This document shows, one piece after another, positions 31,301 to 43,911 of a stretch of 64,000 nucleotides of DNA. The notes beneath the pieces were generated by a model. That model saw only the letters and a list, made by a program, of their open reading frames with translations, had not been told where the DNA came from and ran no database searches. A program made the position numbers and the translations under genes. The stretch is from NCBI RefSeq assembly GCF_006345805.1, contig NC_042998.1, positions 102,858,001-102,922,000 of the forward strand. Reading direction: 5' to 3'. Source of the DNA: Octopus sinensis. Taxonomy: Eukaryota. The number at the start of each line of letters is the position of its first letter. The first letter of the stretch is position 1.

Positions 31301-31874
31301 CATCCAATAGAACACTAATAACTAAGCATTAATAAAACGAACATTGAAAATAACAAATAACAAAAAAGCAAGCACGTATATATGGAATGTATTAGCTTGA
31401 TGCTCAGCAAAGGTGGAAATGAAGAGTGGAATTTTTATGTTTGAAGCATAGCTCTTTGTGTAAAACGAGGAGAAAGGAAAGGCCCAGAGAAGAAAAAAGT
31501 CAAAGAAAAGCACGTGTGTAGCTACATGGCTGAAGTATTCTATAGCACTATATGTCTGTGAATAAAGGTACACCGTTCTTTTATCTCCGTATCATTTATT
31601 TCGATTAGAATATATTTTGGTATTCGCATGTAGCTAGTGGCATACAGCGCAAAGCATGAGTTAGAATAAAGAACAGTTCCTTTGTAAGTTAGTTCAGTAC
31701 CTACTTACAAAAAATTATAAATAAAACAAGTATACAAGAGTAAAAAAATAAAATAAGTATACAGTAAATAACTGAATCTAACATTATGCGTTGTACTGAC
31801 AAGGCGATACGTTAAATAAAATACTAAAATAGTAGAAGGTATTTAACGTAGTTATTTATCAGTTCTTCACTTTA

Positions 31875-32157
31875 ACTCATACCGGAAGCTAGTAAGTGTA
31901 TAGGGTCATCAGGAGATAATGTGCACGGTTTCGGGGCCTACCTCTCCACGGCATCAATGCGCACCGGCCCCCCTCACTGATATGAGGCCACGCTTGCTAG
32001 ATCAACTGTTTATTAAATGCAGTGGCTAGCCTTCTCCACTGTAGATTGGATATCGGTCATGGTAGTATTTACCTTACAATGAGTTAGGCCTAACGATAAC
32101 AACAGTCGTCTCACACTGTGTCCAAAAAACCCTCTACATCCGACTTCGATTGAAATT
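31875..32157 (-). mobile_element. 3' fragment of the HERO-like family
   Basis: Reverse complement of ~15555-15880; encodes IEVGCRGFFGHSVRRLLLSLGLTH. Confidence 0.88.
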
Positions 32158-33749
32158 TTTCTTTTTTTTTTGTATGTAAACATTTTCTTTTGAGTCAAAT
32201 GGAGTACATATCATAGTAGCATACATAAAAGAATTACAAGACAGAATACTGAAAGTCGTAATAGGTGTCTTTGAAGCATTCGTTTCATTCTAATAGTTCA
32301 ATATTGAGGACCCGTAAGAAGTTAGTACTACAAATGAATAGCGCATTGGTATATATGTACATATGAGCTCGTGCAATTTTGTATTTGTGCATGGATCGGA
32401 GGCTATCTTATCTCATCTTAACTTCTGTAAAGTAATACCAGTTAACGTATAAAATGATAAATTAACAATAATTTAAGAGAAAGATTAGTTATCATTTTAC
32501 AATTGAAATAACTAGTACTTAATAATTGAAAGAATCCAATCTGTAATTAAATTAGGCTTTTAGGCGTTTAGAATAGAGTTCTTAACTCTTCCATTAAATA
32601 GTTTTTTTTTATATTCTGAATCGGTTGTATACTAATAACAGTATTCATTCACTTTCATTTTATCCTTAACCTTTAACACTGATTCCCTTTCATAAAATTT
32701 CATTCAATCCGATAGTAAATCAGTATCATAAATAATTTCAATTAACACATTTAGAAATTCGTTACTCTGCACTTTCGGTCCAAATAGCTGTTAATCATCA
32801 AAAATTGTTCCGTATCACGTTTATCATCATGTTTGTTCAATTTAATGGTATGTGTCAATTCGTATTCTACAACATTTTTGAGAATCACATGAAGGTTAGG
32901 GTTCCCATTAAACCCTTAAACATTACTTTTGGTAATTCAATTTTCAATTGGCTAATGAATGCTACTATACTGATTATTGATAAATTCCTGGAGCATTCTG
33001 TGTGTTTAAGAATTTAGATGCATCGAATGAAACTGGACAATGTCAGTAACTGACAGATTTAGAATGTCAATTATTTGAACTCAGTATCAATTGCCTGGTT
33101 CTTATCACAATTATAATGCTATGAAGATATCTTGTATAAACGTTTTAGGTGATTTCCTTTTGAAGTAACTATGTAATTGAAAGAGAGAATACTGGTTGTC
33201 TAAAAAAAAAGCTCTAGATTTCACTTTGCTTGGTGACAGTAAATATACTAAGTGTATTGACCTAAAACCTGTTCGGTAATTTCAGTTTTCAATAGCTATA
33301 CGAATTGGATAATGTATGAGGCATATGAATGTTAAGGCGAAAAATTGACAACTTTATTTATAAAACCACATATCTAATATTGAGGGACAATATGTTCATC
33401 GTTACCTACTGATTCAAGGAGAGTCAGTATGATGTATCATTTCTCTTTCAAGCTATTGAATTCAAATTAAAGTTTCAGTTCTGAGAAGCGTATGCACTAA
33501 GGTTAAGTGGCTGAACCAATGACGAATGCATTAATTTAATAATATACTTAGAATGTATTAATTCAATAATTACGGATGCATTTAATAATATACCTATGGT
33601 AATAAATGAAATGAGAACTAAGAAAGGTTTCCAAAAAAATTTACAATACCTTTATAGTTCGGGCGTAAAGGATACAGTAAAAAAATGTGTTTACATAAAT
33701 CCTGCTTATTTGGATAGCCACGTAGTGACTCCATATTATTCCAGTGCGT

Positions 33750-33965
33750 ATGCTAGTAGCACCAGCTCTCCAAATGCTAGTTTTGTTGGTACTGTAGAGA
33801 TCACATCAGCGACAGTGGCGCTGAGGGCGGCGTTGAAAGACTGGCTCCAGGTTGACAGCACTGGTCGTGAATGTGGTTGTCGATGGGGGTGCATGGCGTG
33901 GTGATGGTGTTGTCTACGACGTTTGGTGATGGTGATAAGTGCCATGGTAGTAGCGGAGGATTCCG
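33750..33965 (-). repeat. Old ACC/TAC-rich interspersed repeat; related sequence at ~45275-45530 (+)
   Basis: Minus CACGACCAGTGCTGTCAACCT resembles CACCAGTGCTGCCAACCT at ~45488; both contexts are CAC/TAC rich. Confidence 0.45.
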
Positions 33966-34279
33966 TTTGTTCTTATAGTAGTCGTTGGCAACATGCCAAC
34001 CTCTAGTCAGCCTTCTACCACCGTCCTTAATGTAACCTTGTTGTCTTGGCTCCTAATGGACTGTTCCACAGCATAAATGGACATGCGCAGCGAGTGTGGG
34101 GAGAGAGTCGGTGATCTTGTAAAGAAACGTGACGTTCTATGTTAAATCACTTGTGATTCCGGTACAGATAAGTTATCTTTTGTTGAAGGTTCTCCCTAAT
34201 GAGTTTATCCATTGTTGAAACTGTCGAACTATTGTTAAATAATTGTTATACTGTTTACCTAGTTTTTGTTTTCTCTCCT

Positions 34280-35850
34280 ATTAAGAGCAAAAATAGCATC
34301 ACGCTATGGAAGCGGTGCAGGTACAAACACGAGCTGCAAGCTACGCATCGGTAGCAAACCGCCAGAATGTTACAGCTACCGTTAACCGGCTGGAATTGGA
34401 ATAGGTACAAGTGAATTTGGAAATTTTGGAGAGCAAGGACTTAATTTAGAGACAGGGGTCAAGGCTAAAGTTGAATCCCACTGAAATGTTACAAAAATGA
34501 AAAAAACAAAGAAATACTGGATTACACAACGCTGTCAGTCAAGAGTAAGAAAATAAAGATGGCAAGTGAAGAAGCCATAGATGAGTGTCTGAAAGAATTC
34601 AGGAACGCCATCCAAATTTTTGTAGAGGAAGATGATTCGGCATAGTGGAAGTGCGTTTTGCTACCGTAGAGGCGGCAATAAAGCACTCCACTACGACATT
34701 GAGAACGGAGGAATGGGCACTTCTGCCAAGCTCAATAAACGTGTGGCGAGAGTAAGGATTGGCAGGGTGCACCCTGAGATCGCAGAGATGTGGCTGCTTG
34801 CAGCAGTTTTGACTGGAGCAAAAGAGGACTTAAAAATACTGATAGTGGCTCGGACAAAGCAATTGTACTGCTGGGCATATGGCCTGGATGTTGTAATCCA
34901 GGCTACCACACAGGACGTAGAAAACATTGTAGAGGAAATTGAGCTGCCAGAAGAAGTGAACCTATGAGTGGTGGTAGACGGCAGTCCTCCCACCTGCTAT
35001 CATTGCAGACAGAGGAGGCACATACAGGTGAGCTGCCGTCTTGTAAACAACCAGAGAGCGTGGATGAGTAGCAGGAAGAGAACAGCAACAGAGTCGAAAA
35101 AGTTAGAGAAAACCATAGAAGCAACAAATGTGGAAATTATAGACGAAGAGTTCGAGGAGATGCAGAGCAGAAAGAGAAAGGAACTAAAAAATACCAACAC
35201 CCCGCAAAGAACCTGAGCAAAAAGAAAAAGAAAGAAACAAGTAACACACAAGCACCCAAAACACAAAGAAAAAATATAGAAAACACACTCGCACAGTCAA
35301 CCACACCGCCGCAAACACCCGTTAAAACCACAAACATCTCAAACTACCCATAATCTCCAGATAAACATACACTAAGAGAAACACATATAGAAACACAAGC
35401 AGACACACAAATCTCATAGGCCATTCACAAAAATATATATATGATGACTTATGTGAGAAGCACGGCCATCGAGAGAAAAATTTCAAAGATCAAATCAACA
35501 ATAAGCTGCTACTACCGTCACAAGTACAAGTCTAATTTGCCTGTGGGGTGCCACCCAACAGGCATAAAATACATGCTAACAGACATGGACAGGTACAAAA
35601 AAAACTAAAAAGATTTTGGTGCAATGACATAGACCCAACGAGACCAGAGGTAGGATATGACTCTCTACCTACCGTGAGGGAATATGAGAACTTCAAACAA
35701 TATATGACCTGATAATATAAGTGGAAATTTGATTTAAGATCGATAAACATTGAAGAAGAAATAGGTAAATAGTACTACTCGAGAGTGGGGCTCGAGTAGC
35801 GATTCCACCTTCATTAACTATATAATTCATTTCATTCATTCGTTTATGTT
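34280..35850 (+). mobile_element. Decayed LINE ORF1 (gag-like) relic with CCHC zinc knuckle and no adjacent ORF2
   Basis: Broken ORFs 34632-34967 and 34968-35216; CYHCRQRRHIQVSC (CX2CX4HX4C) at 34995-35036; putative 3' end with a 9-bp hairpin at 35775-35799 and a (TTCA)n-like tail. Boundaries uncertain. Confidence 0.6.
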
Positions 35851-37601
35851 TTATGTCACCACTTTGTGTTGTTTGTCCTTGTGCTGTCCTCTCTGTGTTG
35901 GGCCCTTGTGGCCAATAAAGAAATTGAGCCGGTGAGCTGTAAAGAAATTGAGTCGGTGAGTTGCGTATGTTGAGTGAAATTACAAGTATTGTGTATCTTC
36001 AGTAGAAGGATTGATGAGGTTGTTATTTATTATCCCGTTATATCGTACGTCGAACGCTCCATACAACATACCTCTACAGTGCCAACAACACCAGCATTTG
36101 GGAAGCTGCTACTACCGTCACAAGTAGCGGTCTAAAATGTGGTCATTGCCCTTCCGGCTATTCAAAATGGAAGCAACTTTGTAAACACACTTTGCTTTGA
36201 CTGTATACTTTTGTAGGCATGTCTTTGCGCTCTAAATATAATGGTTTTTAAAACTTTCTTCATTGTTTGAAGCTTTCCAAATCTCTCATTTCATTTATTA
36301 TTATACTCCTGTGCTACAATATTTCAAACGACATACAGCGTTCTTTTAATAACATATATGTTGCTTTTATTGCATTTGAAAACAGTCAAAATTGCTGGCC
36401 TGCATACTAAATACATATTTTGTATTCTCCTCGTCATGAACATGACCTCCATTGTGCTAAAACTTCCCACACAAAGATTACTTCTATTACTAAACAATAT
36501 TGATATAAATATATTCATTTGTGTAAGGCAAATGGGAAATTAAACAGCAACAAAATATTTTCCATATTTGGAGTGAGTGAATGTACGATACACATTTATT
36601 CTCTCTGCTTCATGTGCCACATTTTTAATCTACTGGGATAGCACCTTCTTTGAAAAAATTATGTGAAATACATTTAATATAACAAAAGGTATATAGTATC
36701 TTTTCATATACTGAGTTTCAATAAAAATATTACAATAATATACGTAAATGGTTTGGGAATGTATTCGTCTTATATAGAAATATTAATGAAATATGCCTGC
36801 GGTTGCATAACAAGTAATTTAAATTGCATATATGTTTTTCAAATTGAATCAAATTATTAAAGACTATCAGGCATGCAGTAATGCATTCTCCCATGCATTA
36901 AATGTTATCGTGTCGATTTGAGTTCATAATAGCATCTAGTTTATTCCACTGGATAGAAAACCGGTATCTTTATTAAGCGGACGTGTGAATTAAATGTACG
37001 ATGATATATTTCTGGTACCGATATCATTCACTCCTTGAACAGAGTAAAATCGATCGCGCATGGAGTTACAATGAGTTAGAATATAATTTTTCCTTTGTCA
37101 CTTATGGCTTTGTCCATTTCAAAGTTTTGAGTGTTAGATTTTATAACAGTTAAAGCACATGAACTATTTTTTGTCGTTGTATTCAGTCCAAATACACTGC
37201 TGACGATAAGAGTTATTAATGGTGTCAAACTTTGGCACAACGCCAGTAATTTTAGGAGTGTATTAGTAGATATCATCGAAACCAGTACTTGACTATTTTA
37301 TTAGCTCTTTAAGACAAAGTAGATCACGTTGAAATTTAAAGTCAGAATGTTATCAGTTGGAAAGAAGAAAGAAGAAAAACGAAAGTATGTTGCTTTTCAA
37401 TTTTAGCACAAGGCCAATAATGTTGATACTAGGGGAGTAGTATCGACACCAGTACTTTATTTTATGTAGGTCGAAAGCCGAAATCGGTAGAATTTGAACT
37501 TAGATCATGATGATAGAAGAAATTCCAGTAACCGCTCGGCCTGACGTGCTACCGCTTCCACCAATTCGCTGTTGTATTATAATTATAAAGACGGTGATGA
37601 T

Positions 37602-37678
<77 letters not shown>

Positions 37679-37737
37679 TAATATTACAAATAATAATAAT
37701 AATAATTATAATAATAATAATGATAATAATAACAATA

Positions 37738-40047
37738 GTTGGCTGTCTAGTGTTTTCGAGCTTGTAATCCAGTTCATTTCCTGTGTGTTTGAACCGCAGA
37801 TGGCTCCACAATCCAAGGGTTGCATGGAACATACGGGGACATTGTGGACAAAGGATAGAAGGGGCTTGTTTGGGAAGGAGAAAGCGCTTGAGTTCAGCTC
37901 TGGCAACTCGGGCTTTCTTGAAGTCCACAGAACCCGTTTCGATGTTGTGTCTCCAGAGGGGTCTATTTGCCGAGATATCTTCCCAGTTCAGTTCTCACAC
38001 TCGTACGGCAGAGTCGATACGACAACAGACCGATAGAACATGAGCTTCGTTTTGAATATCAAATCCTTGTTGCAAAAGACCCTGGTTTTGAGACGACCAA
38101 AAGTGGCTTGACTTAATTGGATGCGATGTCCGATAGCCATACCAGGCCCTGCAGTCGGTAACAGAAAACTTCCAAGAAAGCAGAAATCCTCGATGACCTC
38201 AATTGATTGGTTGTTGATGGTGATGTTGGGGCTGTCAAGATTGGTACAAGGAGCTGGTTGAGCAAGCACTTTGGTTTTTGGCGATGTTCACTTTCAGGCT
38301 GCTCTGCTGAAGTTGTTTGTTGAGATTTGGAGGTCCTCTGCATTTGAAGCTGGACCTGCATTATCACCAGCGTATTGAAACTCAGTGATATTGTGCTCTC
38401 GACAGTGATGTCTTGATCGGAAATGCGAGATGTTGAAATGTCTGCCATCAAATCTACCTCTGAGTTCCACTTCAGGGTTGTCTGTTGGAATTTCGGAGAG
38501 CATGGCAGCGATTATACTGACAAAGCATGGTTGGAAGAAGAACACATTCCTGCATCAGTCATATCTTGAATTCTTCAGAGATGTCAATCTGATAAAGGAT
38601 TCTTTCCCTCATGTCATCATGGAAACCCTTGATCAGCGAAATGAAGCCTCTGGGACAACAGTAACGATGCAGGAGCTTTCTTGGGACACTGTCGAAAGCT
38701 TTTTCCAAGATGCAGGAGATGGAAAAGACAGGTTTCTGTTGCTCCTGTCTCTTCTCCTGGATCTGATGTGCACAAAAGATCATGTCGATGGTACCACTTG
38801 ACCTTCTGAATGCACACTGTGACTCAGGAAAGACTGACTCGGCTACTATTTGGAGACGTTGTAACAAGTTGCGAGCGATGATCTTGCCTGTGATTGAAAG
38901 CAGAGAGATGCCACGATAGCTATCACAAAAGCTCCTATCCCCTTTCTTGAAAATGGTGACAATGACTGCATCTTTGAGATCATGAGGAATCTGTTTCTTC
39001 TCTCAGATCTGCAGAATCAGCATGAAGAGTCTTGCTCGAAGAGCAGTTCCACCCTCTCTGAGGAGTTGAAAGGGAATGTTGTCGGATCCGGGAACTTTGT
39101 TAGGTTTAATTTGATTGAAAGCGGTCATGTATTCGATATGGGAATGGGAGTATGACAGTTCCGGTCTGACAGGGTGTTGAGGAATGTTCTTCAGCGGGTC
39201 CTCAGAAGCAGTGGACGGGCGATTCAACAAGGCTTTGAAGTGTTCTTTCCAGCGATGAAGAATCCCATCCTTCTCGGTGGTGAGAGTTGAGTTGTATGAT
39301 GCTTTCAGCTGGGATGTTGATGATCTTTGGGGACCGTAGATTTCCTTGGTTCCAGCAAAAAGAAGTTCCTCATGTCACGGCTGTCAGCAAAGGATTGGAG
39401 TTGGACGGCTTTGGCTTGCCACATTTGATTCTCGATCTCGTGAAACCTTCTTTGGCAGAGTGACTTGGCTTCCTTGAATCTGGCAAGTTCCGTGGAACAT
39501 GAGAGGTTTTTCAGATGTTCAATGAGTCCCGATCGCTTGACATCAATCAGGGTAGAGATTTCAAGACTATTTCAGATGAACCAGTCTGCACGGGATCGCT
39601 TTTGGAACCGATGTTCCCTCTCGCAGATTTGCTGATGATGTTCTTGAGCGTGGTCTACTCTGTGTTGGGGTCAGAGCTGTCACATGAGGGGATTTCATTC
39701 AACTGCTTTTCGACAGACTCTTGAAAAAGACGGAGCTTCTGGAGGTCTAGGAGTGTAGTGGTGTCGTACTTCATCCGGGAAGGTGTATTTGATCTTGGGG
39801 GGGAATGTCTACTTCTTCAGGGTCCATCTCATCCGCGTGACAACCAGACGGTGGTCGGTCCAACAGTCGTCAGCAGACGGCATAGAGCGAGTGATCAGAA
39901 CATCTTTGAGATCACATTGTCTTGTGATGGCATAGACTAGGAAGTGCCAATGCCTGGATCTAGGATATTACCATGTAGTCTTGAAGCGGCTCCGCTGCAT
40001 GAAGAAGGTGTTTGTGAGAGCAAGTTGGTGTTCAGAAAACAGTCCAA
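37738..40047 (-). mobile_element. RTE (BovB-like) LINE, decayed and 5'-truncated, with (ATT)n tail
   Basis: Minus-strand fragments: APE end (LTNTFF, WTDHRLV), KVPGSDNIP, FPESQCAFRRSSGTIDMIF..QIQEK, LEKAFDSVPR, FQYAGDNA, FCFLGS, YRSVVVSTLPYECE, and C-terminal CPQCPRMFHATLGLWSHLRFKH. Confidence 0.92.
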
Positions 40048-40072
40048 GAAAAAAAAAATAATAATAATGATT

Positions 40073-40375
40073 TTTTTCTACTGTAGGCACAAGGCTTGAA
40101 ATTTGGTGGGAGGAGGCCAGTCAATTAAATCGATCCAGTATGCAACTGGTACATACTTAATCGACCCTAAAGGTGCTCGAAAAATAAGAGGTGTTACTTT
40201 AGTTCCCTGCCAGTCAACAAGTAACACCGCCGTACATCTCCAGCGTTAGAAGCTGTGCAAAGGCTATAATCACAATAGTAATAGTAATGATAAGAACAAT
40301 AATAATCCTTTCTACTATAGGTACAAGGCGTGAAATTTGTGGGGAGTGGGATAATTGAGTACATCTATCTCAGTA
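40073..40375 (-). mobile_element. Two short SINE family A 3' fragments (40073-40172 and 40305-40375)
   Basis: TTTCTACT.TAGG.ACAAGGC.TGAAATTTG tail-2 motif appears twice. Confidence 0.75.
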
Positions 40376-40533
40376 TATCTATCTATCTATTTATATGCGT
40401 ATATATATATATATATATATATAGTAACAGAAGAGGAGGAATTTCAGTTATCCCCACGTTGTGAGTTGTAATATATATAAGAAATTTAAAAAGAAAAATA
40501 CACACACTTTACATAGTTTTATTATAATTTTTA

Positions 40534-40570
40534 AATATCGACCGGTTTCGCTTTCGCCATTCATGATATT
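40534..40570 (-). ncRNA. Degenerate minimal hammerhead ribozyme downstream of the GIY-YIG relic
   Basis: Minus: AATATC-ATGA-ATGGCGAAAGC-GAAAC-CG-GTC-GATATT. Perfect 6-bp stem I, palindromic ACCGGU, GUC triplet, AATAAA shortly downstream; CUG missing from the core. Confidence 0.6.
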
Positions 40571-40879
40571 AAAGTTTACTTATTTGAATACGTATTTTCT
40601 TAAGAAGAAATGTTTGTCCATGTTTTGTGTGATGGTATGTACCAGTGACTGACTTCAGAAGTATAAAAATAAGGGGAGGTAAATGGCTATCGTTATCATT
40701 ATTATTGTTGTGGGCAAGGGATATAACTGTTCAACTTTCGGTAATTGGAGGGGAATATATATACACACAAAAAGTTTTGAAAAACTTGTTTAGTGAGGGG
40801 ATTTATGCACAGTGATGTGAATGTGAATTGAAATTTGTAAGAAGATAAAAGTTTGTTATGCGTACATGTTAAGACGTGT

Positions 40880-41120
40880 TCTGTATTTTTCGATGGAAAA
40901 GTTTCTTTATTTAAATGTTCTTGTGGGGAAATTGTGTCTTGGCACTTGTAGAACGAAAAGACAGTGAAATTTGGTTTGATGTTATCTGCACACTTTTCTA
41001 TATGTTCGCTGAGAGGCTTTTGCCTGTATTGCGGGAAAAGGATTTGCTCTTTATTTAGAGTGGTTCTCGTCTCAATGCCATGCTCGGCTGTCCAATATAT
41101 TTGTAAAGGGTTCATATATA
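40880..41120 (-). pseudogene. Penelope-like element GIY-YIG endonuclease C-terminal fragment
   Basis: One frame gives KYIGQPSMALRR (YIGQT-like); after a frameshift KEQILFPQYRQKPLSEHIEKCADNIKPNFTVFSFYKC...EHLNKETF, the usual PLE C-terminal pattern. Confidence 0.65.
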
Positions 41121-43324
41121 GCTTTCAAGATAGAAAGTTTAATTAAGATTAATTGACTACAACTTGAGGAGTTCTGCGTCTCACATCCAGAGTTATAATT
41201 TCGATGCTTAAGAGTTAGAAGAAATAACAATATTCAAGTTAGAAAGTAAGTTTCTTCAGAATTTTCAACAATGAAGTTATTTTATAAGTAATAAAAACTG
41301 TGTGTTTAAGTGATGTTTTGTCTTGGGAATTAAGATGATTGCTTTCCAAGAAATTAGCTACCATCTAAATATCCACTCCTCCATGCGATGCTGCATAACT
41401 TGATAATATCAAAAACCTCACACATAAACATACACACACTCACACACATTCATTATTTCCGTGTAGTTTATACTTACAAAATTACATTCATAGAATATTG
41501 GCTAACCAGATGTTATGGTACAATACATTCACCCCCGCTATATCTATCGATATCGAACTCGGAACTTTGTAGATACAAAGATATATTATTGACCACAATG
41601 GCAAATTCGTCTATGGCTTTATATTCCATTAGAAAGTACCTAAACGGAAGAAACTTAGAGACATTGACACAGTATTATACTGAATTCTAGAACACGACTT
41701 AAAAATGAGACGGACGTAGCAAAGCACTTAATATAATGGAAAAGACATCAGAACATTAATTTAGAGATATTACTTACTGTATTTTGTTTCTGTCAGGAAA
41801 TGTAGCTGTTTCTTACCTTACATTTCTAGTGATAACAGTAGGAAACTGAATGTAACATTTAATACATAAGTGTAGTTTTGAACGTACAATCGATATACAT
41901 CAATGATCTCCAAAATCTACATTTTAACACTAGTATATAAGATGGTCGTTGCTAAATATTTTCAAAAGTTTATTATCAAATTTAATAACTCACTTTTCAA
42001 AAATGACACATTACTTTCCACGCTACTTAAAACATCAAAGTGCTATTTTAAAAGTCATTATCAAAAGCAAATTATACAACATGTATTACAATTTTAAAGC
42101 TTTTGCAAATCTTTTGAAAATTCGACGTCATATATTACTAACTTTAATCATTTGTTTTCTGATTGAAATAGCATATCATTTTCAGAGAATGTCAGAGCCA
42201 ACTAACGTTGTAACGGGATAGCAAATACAAAATGATTAGCCGAATTCACTGATTTTACTATATAGGCTATTTCCTTACATATGTTTCCAACGTATCTAAA
42301 GTATATTTTAACAAATTATAAAATGTTGTCTCTAAGTGATATATCATTTTCAATACATTAATGGGATAGCTACGGAACCATTATATCAGCTATAATTTAG
42401 ATAAACTTGCCTTTGCTGTATCAACTATTAAACAAAGTTACTGAATTTTAGTTATTTAATTCTAGTAGGAAAATAATGTTTACCCGAGTAATCTTTCATA
42501 TTTTTAAATAAATAGATATGACGAGGGTTATAAGCAATAGACACATCTATTAAGGTATATCTGTATAAGGTTAAAGTGGTTAAAATTTTGATAGATTTCC
42601 ATGTAAGATCTCTAGTTAAGAGGAAATTTAAAGAATAAAAACAAATATTGATAAATTAAGACACGGCACTAGGAATAATAGAAGAGCTGAAGCTTATTTC
42701 CATTGTAATGGTGATGTATAGACGCACAGTAGTATTTTGATGAGGAAAAAGAGAGTCCGAGACGATATCCAAAGAAGCAACTGGTGTAAGAGTACTTATA
42801 AAGAAAGAAGCTAATCATACAATAAATTCCGTATCTGAGAATATATGGCGCATGTAAGCACTCCATTGTGCTCTCAGTTGAAACCAAATTTATTTAGTGA
42901 TAATTTGAACAAAATCTGAGACACAACATATAATATACTCATGTAAATATTGTTTTACCTAGCAGTTAGCTGTGCAGCACATAAACGGTAGCAAAACGAC
43001 TCCGGATATGTTAGTTGCTTTGCTGCATAAGCAGTATCATACATGACATCCTGAAATTGAAAATTAAACCAAGTCGTTTTTACTTTACTCAAATGTAGCA
43101 TACTGAGTTATTTGTTTAGGAAAGGAATGGGCTAAAATTTAAGATTCAGGAGAAATATTATTTACTTTAAATATTCAAACAACTGCATATCTAAAGGTAT
43201 TCGTTTTGACTATAATTGATTACACTACAAAATCACTTCATGCAAAGAAATATGAAGAAAATAACTATTTATATAATATTCAGATTTTAAGCACAGGTGA
43301 GAACTTTAAAATATTGGTTGCTAA

Positions 43325-43911
43325 TCTTTATATATATCAAACTGAGAATGTGCGTCTGTCTGTCTGTCTGTGTGTTTCCCTAAAACCTGAGAACTACCCA
43401 ACCAATTTCATTCAAATTTTAAACATGTCTTAATTAGGGTCCGGGGAGTGTCATCGGCAAAACAATTTTAACTTTTTGCCTAGGACGAGCCCACAGCAAT
43501 ATCATATCTTCTCCACTACGATTCCCTAAAACTTGAGAACTACATTACCAATTCCATTCAAATTTTACACATGCCTTACTTAGGGTCCATGTAGTTTCAT
43601 GGGCAAAAATAATAGGACGTCCCGGAAAAAAAATTTTAATGCCCCCCACCCCAGAAGTAGAGGTAGGCTGGATTGTAGCCACACTTCTATACAAGAGGGA
43701 GGACAAGATACAATTGATCGAAATTACAAGAAACGGGCTAACAATTCCAGTCTGTTATATATTTTGAGTATTATTATGACTAGCGATATCAAGATATAAC
43801 TTTGTATCTTGTATTTTATGCGTAGATGTATATATATAGATGTACATGTAACATGTACACATATACATACACTAGCACTATGACCCGGCAACGACGGGTC
43901 TTTAATGCTAG
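43325..43911 (+). mobile_element. Non-autonomous Helitron (short form)
   Basis: A|TCTTTATATATATCAAACTGAGAATG, (TCTG)n, internal ~65-bp duplication (~43375 and ~43522), GACCCG-gcaacga-CGGGTC hairpin and CTAG|T at 43908-43912. Both halves match the 61750-63220 copy. Confidence 0.88.

Noticed and set aside
34031-34270. Solo LTR (starts TGTAACC)
   Set aside because: No CA terminus, TSD, PBS or second copy could be identified.
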